DNA from: an uncultured virus (IMG/VR IMGVR_UViG_3300025305_000013)
Taxonomy: Duplodnaviria; Heunggongvirae; Uroviricota; Caudoviricetes
Strand: one strand, 5' to 3'
Length of the DNA stretch: 64,000 bases
Virus record (IMG/VR): IMGVR_UViG_3300025305_000013
Shown here one piece after another: positions 35,384-44,842 of the stretch; the stretch's first letter is position 1, and each line of letters opens with the position of its first letter. The notes under the pieces were generated by a model that made no database searches, had not been told where the DNA came from, and saw only the letters and a program-made list of their open reading frames with translations. The position numbers and the translations under genes are program-made.

Positions 35384-37245
35384 CGTCTGCCATCAGGTTT
35401 TATATCTAAACGAGTGGCTCCTAGCCGCCAGCCTGTGGATGTATTCGCATTTACATCATCATCGTCAGATTCTAACCGAACCGCCGCTTGGCGTGCTCTT
35501 GCCCTTACATAAGCCTGTTGTGTTGTACTTGTTATAACGGATGTGCTGTTTGTTGCTAAACTATCTCCCGGGAAATTACGTGTCTTCAATACAAAATTAA
35601 CCTGTCCTCCGCTACTGTTATCTAAAAACCTGATATCGGGGATGATTCTACTAATAAAGGAAAATTGCTCCCCTTCCCCTATATCAAAGTCACTAGACTC
35701 TATATAAACATTAGTCATAGGACTCCCATCGGCGTCGTACCCTGTTTCTTGTTCATATAGGTAGGAATCTGTTGTTGCTCTTGGGTAGGGTTCTACTCCC
35801 GCATCCAACCAAGCATGTCTTGTTAGTTCTCCATAGGACCAAACATTTTCTGCATAATTATAGACAATATATCTGTCTATTTCGATAGCACTACTGGAAG
35901 GATAGAACCACCCGACTTCATCAAACTGAGAGTTGGTAAAAGCATGAACTTTATAGGCTTGAGAAACATTAAAATTATCAAATACATAGCTCAAAATTGT
36001 ACATGGAACTTTTTTAATGGCTCCTGTATAAGAATAGAAATTATTATACCCCATCCAATAAACACCATTTGGAGCAGTTACCGCTGCTTTAGGAGCCATC
36101 AGCCCTGTATTTTCATTAATCAAATTTATACCAAAGGTATAAGGAGGACCAATAAATTGCATACTGTAGAGGGCCGTGTCTGTCCAAATTAAAATTTCCT
36201 GTCTTGCTTTCACCGCACCTATAATTTCACTACCGGAAGATAAACGTAATGACCCAGCTGTATTAGTGCTTTTTGGTTCAAATTCAAGTTCATTTTCCTG
36301 ATCACTAAACGCTATAAGCATAGGGTCAGCTGAACCGGTGCGCGAAGAATCTTCTATAGGATCTGCTCCTAAAACAATTAGATGTCTATCTTTTTCTGAA
36401 GTAATTACCTGTAGACCAATTGTGGGTACTAGATTTGCACCACTTACCCCAGATAATTCGGCGGCTCTTACTGAGGTACCACTATTTTCTACCCATCTAT
36501 AAACCCCTCCACCACGAGGATTGATGATCAAATTTTCTCCAAAATGATCATGTGTCCAAAGTCTTAACTGATTACTAGCAGAAAGAGTTTTAGTACTTCC
36601 CCATGTACCCGCGCCCCAAGTTCCTGATCCCCAACCGGTAGACGCAATAAATACATCCAAACCAACATTAATTTGATAAGCCCCCACAACAGAACCGCCA
36701 CCGTTACCGCTGTCACTGCTATTAGCGGTAACTGTATTTCCAGATGTATCTTTTGCCTCTACGGTATAACTATTTGTATTGACTATGGTTGCTATTTGAT
36801 ATTCTTGATTCAACACGGCAGCTGTAATTAAGCCGCCTAAAGTAGCCGCACCGCTAAAAGTCACAAAATCATTTGCCACAGCTCCGTGACTTGAATCTGT
36901 AACAGTAATTGTTGCATCACCATTACTAGCTGAGAAAGTTACATCCCCCGCAGAGGTAGTGCTGCGTAAAGGTGTAACATCATCAAAATTTGATCCTAAT
37001 TTTACATAATACTTCCAAGTTGTACCCATACCTAAATACTTGGTCCCTCCAAGGGAAACCCAAGCATGAAGAGCTCTCGCTTTTCCTAAAAAGGTGTCGA
37101 GTGTGTCTTTGGCCCAGCCTCCTATTTTTTGAGGTCTACCATTTTTAAAGCGGATAAGATTACCGTCAAACCAGCCTCCTTCATTATCATAGTCTGTCCC
37201 TTCTCTATTAATTCCGGGGCGAAATATAAATTTATTTAAAGGCAT
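35380..37245 (-). CDS. tail tubular/nozzle (head stabilization) protein
   Basis: PGIN.EGT.Y..GGW..IGGW; beta-rich; ends WRLG.TRLDI.PDGRR. Confidence 0.7.
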   Translation of the reverse strand: MPLNKFIFRPGINREGTDYDNEGGWFDGNLIRFKNGRPQKIGGWAKDTLDTFLGKARALHAWVSLGGTKYLGMGTTWKYYVKLGSNFDDVTPLRSTTSAGDVTFSASNGDATITVTDSSHGAVANDFVTFSGAATLGGLITAAVLNQEYQIATIVNTNSYTVEAKDTSGNTVTANSSDSGNGGGSVVGAYQINVGLDVFIASTGWGSGTWGAGTWGSTKTLSASNQLRLWTHDHFGENLIINPRGGGVYRWVENSGTSVRAAELSGVSGANLVPTIGLQVITSEKDRHLIVLGADPIEDSSRTGSADPMLIAFSDQENELEFEPKSTNTAGSLRLSSGSEIIGAVKARQEILIWTDTALYSMQFIGPPYTFGINLINENTGLMAPKAAVTAPNGVYWMGYNNFYSYTGAIKKVPCTILSYVFDNFNVSQAYKVHAFTNSQFDEVGWFYPSSSAIEIDRYIVYNYAENVWSYGELTRHAWLDAGVEPYPRATTDSYLYEQETGYDADGSPMTNVYIESSDFDIGEGEQFSFISRIIPDIRFLDNSSGGQVNFVLKTRNFPGDSLATNSTSVITSTTQQAYVRARARQAAVRLESDDDDVNANTSTGWRLGATRLDIKPDGRR

Positions 37246-37249
37246 TGAA

Positions 37250-37693
37250 TTACACCTTATACCAATCTTTACCTTCAAAAAGAAGAGATTCGGCCTCCCT
37301 TCTTCTCACTAAACCACCTAATACTTTACCGGCTGCTTTGTTCCAACGCTTCATTTCACTAGGAACTTTATTATATTCCCCTTGATTCAAGACTTTTAAC
37401 ATAGTAGAATTCTTTAAATTTGAAGGACCAAGGTTAAATGTCCAAGCTACTAACGCATCAAACTGATTTTGCTCTAAATCTACAGTAACTAACTTATCCA
37501 CAAAGCCTTCGAACTCTTCTAGATCTTCAGTTAACATCTGATCAGCTTCTTCTTGCGTGCAAACATCCCCATCTGACACGTCTTTAGTATGCCCGTACCC
37601 GATAGTTGACACATCAGCACTACAACGATAGCTTTCTAACTCACAGCCTTCAAATTTTTTTATCAGAGCCTTACCTTCTTCGGAAGTTTCCAT
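37250..37693 (-). CDS. endolysin, GH24 lysozyme
   Basis: IKKFEG, TIGYGHT, QFDALV.WTFNLG, GLVRRREAE; no SAR/signal segment. Confidence 0.92.
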   Translation of the reverse strand: METSEEGKALIKKFEGCELESYRCSADVSTIGYGHTKDVSDGDVCTQEEADQMLTEDLEEFEGFVDKLVTVDLEQNQFDALVAWTFNLGPSNLKNSTMLKVLNQGEYNKVPSEMKRWNKAAGKVLGGLVRRREAESLLFEGKDWYKV

Positions 37694-38172
37694 TATTCTT
37701 CCTTATTATCAGAATGTGAGGCACCAAAGTAAAAAGAAATGATTGCACTCGCCAACCCTCCGAGATACCCTAAAACTAGATTTATTAGAGCCTCTGAGTT
37801 TTGTTCAGGCGGCTGTAGAGTCACCAAAAAGATATACCCCATAAAACCGCCAACCGTAAACAAACCGATAAGTCTGGCGGTCCAATCTTTACTAAACTTG
37901 CTTCTAGCATCCTGAATATCCAGTGTTTCAAGCTTGAAAATATCAACGTCTAGTTCCTTCATCTGGAGTTCAAAAGTTTTCTCGGCCTTCTTTAATTCTA
38001 ACAACTGCTCCGGGGTTGCCTGCTGTACTGCATTATCAATAGCCTTTGGATTATCTTCACATCCCAAAACATCGCATATAACCTTACTGGCCATACCGCC
38101 TAATGGGCCACCTAGAGCAGTTCCTAAACTCGGAGCTACTGCCCCAACTATACTTTTTAATAGATTTTTCAT
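37693..38172 (-). CDS. holin-like membrane protein
   Basis: VAP.LGTALGGPLGG N-terminus, two C-terminal TM segments, ISFYFG.S; adjacent to lysozyme. Confidence 0.65.
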   Translation of the reverse strand: MKNLLKSIVGAVAPSLGTALGGPLGGMASKVICDVLGCEDNPKAIDNAVQQATPEQLLELKKAEKTFELQMKELDVDIFKLETLDIQDARSKFSKDWTARLIGLFTVGGFMGYIFLVTLQPPEQNSEALINLVLGYLGGLASAIISFYFGASHSDNKEE

Positions 38173-39947
38173 CGTTCCTCCACTGTATAGATTTCCAGAG
38201 ACTTTTCTTTACCTTTTACTTTTATAGGCTCTAACAATTTTAGCTTAAAACTACAATAGTTTTTAGTATCTTTTCCTATAAGTATATCTTCTCCAACTTC
38301 TTTTGTTGCAGATTCTAGCCTTGCAGCTATGTTTACTGCATCTCCAATGGCGGTATAGTCAAATCTCATTTCACTTCCCATATTCCCGATAACCGCTTCT
38401 CCAGTATTGATTCCGATACCAATAGCCACTGGCGGTAATTTTCTTTGGGCGAGTTCTATATTTAGCTCCGACATATTTTTTAGAATATCTAGTGAACACT
38501 CAATAGCGACATGTGCGTGCTTATCTAAGTCTAATGGTGCATTAAAAATTGCCATCATTGCATCACCGATATACTTATCGACCATGCCGCCGTGTTTTTG
38601 CACAGCCTTTTGCTGCGCAGTCAAGGCTCTATTCATTATATATGTAACTTGCGCCGGGTCTAAAGACTCGGACATAGAGGTAAACCCTCTTACATCAGTG
38701 AATAGGTAAGTAGCAAGTCGCTTTTCGCCTCCGAGCTTTAGTAGCTCTGGGTTCTTCTGTAACTTTTTAACCTGCCTTGGATCAAGGTAGTGTTCAAATT
38801 GCTTTTTGATTTCCTGTCGTAGCTTATACTGTTCACGAAATCTCAGGTAGAAGGCGGCAGATGCAATAATGAATTCAGATATCAGAGCCCATGTTACATC
38901 TACCAGTAAACCCCTCTGAATTAAGGCAAGTCCTAAATATCCTACCCCTGTAAACAATAGACCGGTTAATGTTATTCCTAGCGTTATCCCTAAAGAATTG
39001 ATCAAAACAACTGTCAAGATTGTGCCGGCAAAAAATATCAATACTTCTGCCGCCAACGCCCAATTCGGTATATAGGGGCTATTTTCTATCAAAATGCTTT
39101 CTGCTAAAGCCGCCTGTATTTTGTGCGGTTCAAGCAGCTTGTTGTTTGGTACTGCAATTTGAGGCATTATGCCCCTTGCCGTAAACCCTACAAAAACAAA
39201 CTTATCTGCAACATCCATTTCGTATAAGTTTGTTTCTGGAGTATCTACATAACTAATCCATCTTCTACCCAATGAGTCTACAGATACCGGAGGAAGCCCC
39301 CGGACCCTGACTTCTTCTATTCCATTTTCACTTGTCCTTATAACGTAAGTATCTGCACCTGCTAGTATTTTTAGAACCTCAGTTCCATAAGCAGGAACCC
39401 ATCCATCTGGAGTTCTCATCAATAGAGGAAGTCTTCTGACTAAATTATCTATATCAGTTCTAGCAACCGCTATCCCCTGACTGGAGCTTTCTTTCAGCGG
39501 GTCTATATTCTGTATGACGCCACTTGCCAGAATACCGCCAATATCTTCCCCTAAAATAACGGTGCCTGTTGTTTCGGGGTAGCTTCCGTTATCGTTCTCA
39601 AACATTGCGAGAACACTTGGCGACCCAGATAAAGCACTAGCAAATTCTGTATCTCCTCCAAACCTATCAGGTTGTGGAAAAGCTAGAACCCACCCTACGC
39701 CTATAGCTCCCTTCTCTAATAGCTCATTATGTATCTCTGCGAGTCTTTGCCGGCCAAAAGGATACCCCCCCTCTCTTTCTATATCTTCCTCATTAATAGA
39801 AAGTATTGAGAAATATCCAGAAGCTTGTTTTTCAGAAACTAGGGAATCAAAAGTCTTTAGTTTCAGTGTCTCTATAAAACTCAGGTTCCATACAAATGGA
39901 ATACTTAATAATATAAGCAACCCACCAAGCTGAATATATCTAGTCAC
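38169..39947 (-). CDS. CHASE2-domain class III adenylate cyclase
   Basis: N-terminal TM, CHASE2-like region, 3 TM, FTDVRGFT, DKYIGDAMMA, GIGINTG, DYTAIGDAVNIAARLE. Confidence 0.92.
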   Translation of the reverse strand: MTRYIQLGGLLILLSIPFVWNLSFIETLKLKTFDSLVSEKQASGYFSILSINEEDIEREGGYPFGRQRLAEIHNELLEKGAIGVGWVLAFPQPDRFGGDTEFASALSGSPSVLAMFENDNGSYPETTGTVILGEDIGGILASGVIQNIDPLKESSSQGIAVARTDIDNLVRRLPLLMRTPDGWVPAYGTEVLKILAGADTYVIRTSENGIEEVRVRGLPPVSVDSLGRRWISYVDTPETNLYEMDVADKFVFVGFTARGIMPQIAVPNNKLLEPHKIQAALAESILIENSPYIPNWALAAEVLIFFAGTILTVVLINSLGITLGITLTGLLFTGVGYLGLALIQRGLLVDVTWALISEFIIASAAFYLRFREQYKLRQEIKKQFEHYLDPRQVKKLQKNPELLKLGGEKRLATYLFTDVRGFTSMSESLDPAQVTYIMNRALTAQQKAVQKHGGMVDKYIGDAMMAIFNAPLDLDKHAHVAIECSLDILKNMSELNIELAQRKLPPVAIGIGINTGEAVIGNMGSEMRFDYTAIGDAVNIAARLESATKEVGEDILIGKDTKNYCSFKLKLLEPIKVKGKEKSLEIYTVEER

Positions 39948-40671
39948 TCTGAGATATTGTGACTGTTTTATTACAATTAGTGACGCAGTTGTAACTTACT
40001 GTAATACTTTTATTGGTAATTCCGGATTGACTAGCAGTCACATCGTAGTCATCCGTATAGAAATTCAGCCTCATATAATGGTCGCCACTCCCAGTTTGCG
40101 TTATAGAAGCATCATTGTTATCCGCATAGCCGCTTGCATAGATTTTGGCGTAATGCTCCCCGCTACCTGACTGATCTATACTAAAATCAGAATAATTGCC
40201 AAAAGCCCTTATCTCGGCTTCCTTGTCATCACCATCTTGAGAAATACTATAAACATTCCCATCTCCCTGCATATAGATTTCTCCGTCATTATTGTCACCG
40301 TTTTGCACAACATCCATATCATTTAAATCATCATCGGCATCAATGTATCCAAAATTATCATTGCCTGTTTGTTCTATTTTGTATTCGTTTCCTGTATGTA
40401 AAGTTACTTGACTATACGCTCTTGCAATATTACTTGTACCATTTTGATCTATATCAATTTCTGCATTATTACAATTATGCGTTGTATAGTTTCCTTCAGA
40501 CAATCCGCACCAAACTCTTGCCGTATTAGACGTCCCTATCTGGTCTATATGTATTAATGACGAACTACCCTTGGTCCGCACTTCTACGGAATTGTCTGAT
40601 GCATATATCAACTGAGAAATCAGTAAAAAACTAATCAGACTGATTGATGATGATCTCACTGTCTCCTCCAC
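39940..40671 (-). CDS. curlin-like repeat protein (CsgA/CsgB type)
   Basis: Signal peptide plus repeats IxQxGxxNxA (DQIGTSN, DQNGTSN, EQTGNDN, QNGDNN). Confidence 0.75.
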   Translation of the reverse strand: MEETVRSSSISLISFLLISQLIYASDNSVEVRTKGSSSLIHIDQIGTSNTARVWCGLSEGNYTTHNCNNAEIDIDQNGTSNIARAYSQVTLHTGNEYKIEQTGNDNFGYIDADDDLNDMDVVQNGDNNDGEIYMQGDGNVYSISQDGDDKEAEIRAFGNYSDFSIDQSGSGEHYAKIYASGYADNNDASITQTGSGDHYMRLNFYTDDYDVTASQSGITNKSITVSYNCVTNCNKTVTISQSD

Positions 40672-41734
40672 CGTTAATCACAATATTTAACTGCTTTCCT
40701 GCAGAAAGTATTTGCAGGTTATAGGCATTATTCTTGTCTAACTCCAGATCAATAGTGTTTTCAACCTGCCGGAAAAACGCAAGGATCTCTCCTTCTACAA
40801 AGCTGTACATCTGTGCATCTTGGTCGAATCCCGGAATAATTCCCTCTATCTGAACTCCATCCAGTTCGCCTTCTTCAGCTTGATCTTTTTTCCCTGCGGA
40901 AATTTCCTCCATCATTTCAAGCAAGTCTTGTAAAAAATCTACAGATAAAAAGTCGACATCTAACCGCGTTATTTCATCTTGTAGCTCGTCTTCCGAAAGT
41001 CCGTCATCGTCGTCGAGGTCGTTTTCCTCAAGAAAGTCTACATCTAGCACGTTACTTGCACTTTGGCCTTGCTCATCAATAGCTTGTTGAACTTCTTCTG
41101 GAGGACTTACGATAAGAAGATTATCTATAAAGGCTAATGACATGTTAGTTAATTGCACGGCTTGTGTTGGTGGGCTTTCGGCAACGCTTACCATTGTTGC
41201 CTGATATGGCTGGTTTAGTACCTCGACGCCTGCCATAGTTTCAACTGTAATTTCTCCAGATGAATTTCCAGCAGCGTCTGGCAGAAGGATTACCAAGGAG
41301 CGTCCTAGCTCATCAACTGTGGTCGTAAAATCAGTGCCTCTAATAAATATTGAGGCACTTGGGGTAGAGATAGAGACACGGGATTTATTGATCTTGCCCA
41401 AAGCCCCGGTAATAAATCTCGCTGTCCCTGAAGCCATGTTAAGAGCGAGCTTGCCTTTATCGGGGTCAGGGTCATAGATATATTCATCAATAACAATTTT
41501 AGAATGCTCAGTAAGCCGAATAATGCTAGAGTCTAGGAACTCTATGCCGATTCGCCCGTTCCCTGTGCGCACATCGTCATAGCTCAAGATACCGAGCTCA
41601 GCTTCTGCCGGCAAACTAGCCTGCTGATTCTCCCGTAAAACCTCTCCATTGCCCCTTAATTCAGAGATTCTGCCTATCTGCGAATACGCAGAATTACAAA
41701 AAAATACCAAACAAATCAACAGCCAGAGGTGCAT
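40631..41734 (-). CDS. FecR-domain protein
   Basis: Signal peptide, D.VRTG.G...I.F.D.S...L.E.S, TP.A.I.IRGTDF. Confidence 0.85.
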   Translation of the reverse strand: MHLWLLICLVFFCNSAYSQIGRISELRGNGEVLRENQQASLPAEAELGILSYDDVRTGNGRIGIEFLDSSIIRLTEHSKIVIDEYIYDPDPDKGKLALNMASGTARFITGALGKINKSRVSISTPSASIFIRGTDFTTTVDELGRSLVILLPDAAGNSSGEITVETMAGVEVLNQPYQATMVSVAESPPTQAVQLTNMSLAFIDNLLIVSPPEEVQQAIDEQGQSASNVLDVDFLEENDLDDDDGLSEDELQDEITRLDVDFLSVDFLQDLLEMMEEISAGKKDQAEEGELDGVQIEGIIPGFDQDAQMYSFVEGEILAFFRQVENTIDLELDKNNAYNLQILSAGKQLNIVINGGGDSEIIINQSD

Positions 41735-42399
41735 TGGTCTATATCAATAGTGGCGTTACTCGTAGTCGATGTTATGACCACTACTCCAGAAACGCTACCT
41801 GTACTATTCGTTTGATCTATATCGATATTGTTCGTATTTCCAGTTATTGAGGCTGTAATTTCGTGATCGGCATTTCCGGTCTGGGTTGTATCGATATCAT
41901 TTGAATCGCCATCAACCGTCCAATTATTAATACATCCAACCACTTCACAAGTAGCATTAATATTATTTGATGTTCCGGTAATGGTTATATCCTGATTTCC
42001 CGCAGTCGCCGTTGCTGCTGCCCCCTGAGTAAAAACAACTACGTTGGAGTCTCCAGTTTCGGTCAAGTCGAAATCTGTATTAGCAACATCGCCTGTCGCC
42101 CCAAGCGCAAGAGTAGTAGCATTGCTATCGCCAGTGCTTGTTACAGTAAACGAGGTGCTATTTCCCTGAGCTATCGATGCTGCCAGCGTATTTGAGTCGC
42201 CCACTTGATCTACATCTACAGTCATGCTTGTGCCAGTAAACGTCGCTCTCGTTTGAGATGTACCTACAACATTGCTATCGCCTATCTGGTCGATTGTTAG
42301 CGTTAGCCCGGTCCCTGACTGAGTTATGTATATGTCGTTGTTTGCTCCAAACACTATCGGAGAAACGAAAATCAATAAGATCTTTAGAAGATTTTTCAT
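41716..42399 (-). CDS. curlin-like repeat protein
   Basis: Signal peptide, NDIYITQSG, repeated DQ.GDSN / TG.SN beta-solenoid units. Confidence 0.75.
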   Translation of the reverse strand: MKNLLKILLIFVSPIVFGANNDIYITQSGTGLTLTIDQIGDSNVVGTSQTRATFTGTSMTVDVDQVGDSNTLAASIAQGNSTSFTVTSTGDSNATTLALGATGDVANTDFDLTETGDSNVVVFTQGAAATATAGNQDITITGTSNNINATCEVVGCINNWTVDGDSNDIDTTQTGNADHEITASITGNTNNIDIDQTNSTGSVSGVVVITSTTSNATIDIDQCTSGC

Positions 42400-43238
42400 C
42401 TTTCCTCCTCTTTCAATTCTGAGTAATTAAAATCCCATATTTCTTGATCTAGTCCCTTTTTTATTATTTGGTAAACAGATTCCTCTATAGCTGCTCTTGT
42501 TGCGTACCCAACTGCTTCATTTTGAGAAAGCCCTGTCTCAAGTTCTACAAGTTCGGTGCCCATCTCCACAAACCGAAACAAATCCCTGCTAGTACCAGCA
42601 CTTAAAATAGTTTTGCTCACCATTGTATTTAATAATACTTCGCCAGTCTGTACAAGAACAACCCTCAAAGATACGGTTATCTCATCCTTACGCCACTGAT
42701 TACTAGAGCCTATTCCTAAATACCTTGCTCCGTTTCCACCTGTCTCTATATTGGTATCATACTGAATAATTCCACCTTCAAATAAAAGACCGGCAAAAAG
42801 CAAGGGTTTCAGCGTGTTCCCTACCTCTCCATCATAAGTTTGTCTGGTTTGCCTGATTAATTGCCTTTCTCTTGTCAGGGCGTCAAGACCAGCCCTTTCA
42901 ACTACAACAAACCAATTTCCACTACCAGCAGACCTCAAGGCATCGATTAAGTACTGATCTGCCCCTTGAGTAACGGCTGTGCTGAACAAAGCCATTTGTT
43001 GTGAGCTTTTTCTCTGACCAGTTAAATCATCAAAATTATAAACAGCCACTACTGCTTTTTGTTTTGGGATAGGAAGATTAAGAAGATTTTCCTGAGTGGG
43101 TCTTAATGGTTTTGGCTCTTCGGTGCACTCTAATAAAGAGCTACAACCTGTCGCGCCTAGAGGGGCATACGAAGCACATCCTTCTAGAACTATAAAAATA
43201 AAAACAACAAATGTTAAATTCCACAGTCTTCCGTGCAT
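42396..43238 (-). CDS. csgG: curli secretion lipoprotein CsgG
   Basis: Lipobox LEGC, AVY.F.DLTGQRK, STAVTQGA, WF.VVER.GL..L.RERQLIR, GGII.YDTN..TGG.GARYLGIG. Confidence 0.93.
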   Translation of the reverse strand: MHGRLWNLTFVVFIFIVLEGCASYAPLGATGCSSLLECTEEPKPLRPTQENLLNLPIPKQKAVVAVYNFDDLTGQRKSSQQMALFSTAVTQGADQYLIDALRSAGSGNWFVVVERAGLDALTRERQLIRQTRQTYDGEVGNTLKPLLFAGLLFEGGIIQYDTNIETGGNGARYLGIGSSNQWRKDEITVSLRVVLVQTGEVLLNTMVSKTILSAGTSRDLFRFVEMGTELVELETGLSQNEAVGYATRAAIEESVYQIIKKGLDQEIWDFNYSELKEEER

Positions 43239-43687
43239 ATCCCGAATATACCTACAGGAATAACTATCTCTGTCACATTTCCATCTGAATCAATGACAGT
43301 AAGGGTGATATTTACTCCATCATTTACAAACGTAATGGTGTTTCCTTCTAATACTATACTGCCTCCGGTTCCACCAGACTCTGAATTAAACAAGGATTCA
43401 GCTATATCTCTAGAAAGCTGAGAATATATTCTAGACTCTAAATTCCTTAAAAACTTAGCGAGAGTTGTGTTATCAGCCTCTCTTTCGGCTTCCTTTAGTG
43501 CGCTCTCTACGTCTTCAACTATCTCATCCCGTCTGGTTTTTTCTTGTTCATCAATAGTTAAGTAATGAGATGATGTTCCTATGCCACTAAAACTTGGATT
43601 TTTAAACTGATGTATTATTTGATCAGCGAAGACGTTTTGGGAGATTAGCACAAACGTCACTAAAATTATCTTATCTCTTTTTTTCAT
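43214..43687 (-). CDS. csgF: curli assembly protein CsgF
   Basis: Signal peptide then HQFKNPSFSG; F..NLESRIYSQLS; upstream of csgG. Confidence 0.85.
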   Translation of the reverse strand: MKKRDKIILVTFVLISQNVFADQIIHQFKNPSFSGIGTSSHYLTIDEQEKTRRDEIVEDVESALKEAEREADNTTLAKFLRNLESRIYSQLSRDIAESLFNSESGGTGGSIVLEGNTITFVNDGVNITLTVIDSDGNVTEIVIPVGIFGICTEDCGI

Positions 43688-43916
43688 GATCTTGTTTTAT
43701 CTCTAAAGCAGTATTTACTTTTTCCTTCAGCCTAATCATATCTTGATCTAATAGCCTTAATTGATCTGTAAGACGAATAATCGTTGTTTTCATATCATCT
43801 ACAGCAGGGTCTATCTTGTTTGTTATCGTCTGCCACACAAAATAAACAAAATAGCCAAGACCTACTACCATCACTACCGGAAAACCAAAATCAGAAACTA
43901 ACTGTACAATATCCAC
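43671..43916 (-). CDS. small single-TM coiled-coil protein
   Basis: FGFPVVMVVGLGYFVYFVW TM then coiled coil. Confidence 0.7.
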   Translation of the reverse strand: MDIVQLVSDFGFPVVMVVGLGYFVYFVWQTITNKIDPAVDDMKTTIIRLTDQLRLLDQDMIRLKEKVNTALEIKQDHEKKR

Positions 43917-44209
43917 TAGTCTCTACGAGCGTCTATTTTTCCGTCCTCTACAAAATTTTCTGCTCTTGCTATACGGTCTAAATCTGGCGGTAAATTGAGC
44001 GCACTTGATACGCTAGTATCAATACGAATAATATCATTATTCATAATAGATGCTCTTGTGATAAGCATTTTTGATATCCCTTGTATTGTCTTTATCTCAC
44101 CAACAAGATTATCCATCAACTGCTTCATCACTAAAAATATAAAGAACCCCATAATTAGACCAGAAGCAATAGGTAGACCTAATTCAGTAATTAGGCTGAA
44201 TACTTCCAT
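43916..44209 (-). CDS. small single-TM protein related to 43671
   Basis: LGLPIASGLIMGFFIFLV TM; MNNDIIRID; ends DARRD. Confidence 0.7.
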   Translation of the reverse strand: MEVFSLITELGLPIASGLIMGFFIFLVMKQLMDNLVGEIKTIQGISKMLITRASIMNNDIIRIDTSVSSALNLPPDLDRIARAENFVEDGKIDARRD

Positions 44210-44216
44210 CTAATAT

Positions 44217-44642
44217 TTAGCCATTTGGAACAAAGACTCCCAACTCTATTAATTTAGCCCTGTTAACCTCATGCTCATCTTCGATTTCCTGCTTACTTTG
44301 ACCAAAGTAAGCCACAGCATGATGATTTCTAATCATAGAAGTGTTTATGTTTACCCCATCGACAACAACATCTCCCAATACTCTGCCAAACTTTCCTTTG
44401 GAGTCCTTTAACTTTGTTTGTATTACAACATGATGCTTAGAAGACTCAATGGCATCTACAAGATAGGCTTTTGCTAACAATCCCCTTGCCTTTTCATCTT
44501 TGTTTCTGGTTCTTGACTCGGGAGTATCTATTCCATATAAACGAACTCTGCATTTATGCAGAATTTTAAACCCAAGATCAAGCGTTACATCACAAGTATC
44601 ACCGTCTATAACCCTGTCAACTTTACAAGCATACTCATACAT
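44217..44642 (-). CDS. thermonuclease (SNase-like)
   Basis: RVIDGDT, RVRLYGIDTPESRT, GKFGRVLG; start reassigned to MYEY. Confidence 0.85.
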   Translation of the reverse strand: MYEYACKVDRVIDGDTCDVTLDLGFKILHKCRVRLYGIDTPESRTRNKDEKARGLLAKAYLVDAIESSKHHVVIQTKLKDSKGKFGRVLGDVVVDGVNINTSMIRNHHAVAYFGQSKQEIEDEHEVNRAKLIELGVFVPNG

Positions 44643-44643
44643 G

Positions 44644-44832
44644 TTACTTTCTTTTTTTACGTTTAGATTTTTTTGACTTTCTTTTAACTTGGACTGTTTT
44701 ATAGGCTTCATTTATATTTGGTGTTGATTTATCGTCTGCCCTATATTGACCTTTGTCGTTTCTAGAACGAACTGTTTTTTCTTCAAAACCAAGGAAGGTC
44801 GATTTAAACCATTTTCTTAGACCATATAACAT
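44644..44832 (-). CDS. small basic protein
   Basis: RSRNDKGQYRADDKSTPNINEAY motif; GGAGA RBS. Confidence 0.7.
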   Translation of the reverse strand: MLYGLRKWFKSTFLGFEEKTVRSRNDKGQYRADDKSTPNINEAYKTVQVKRKSKKSKRKKRK

Positions 44833-44842
44833 ACTATTCTCC

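Noticed and set aside
37250..44209. Host chromosomal DNA / prophage boundary
   Set aside because: The module is flanked on both sides by phage late genes on the same strand with overlapping starts and stops; no att site or integrase seen.
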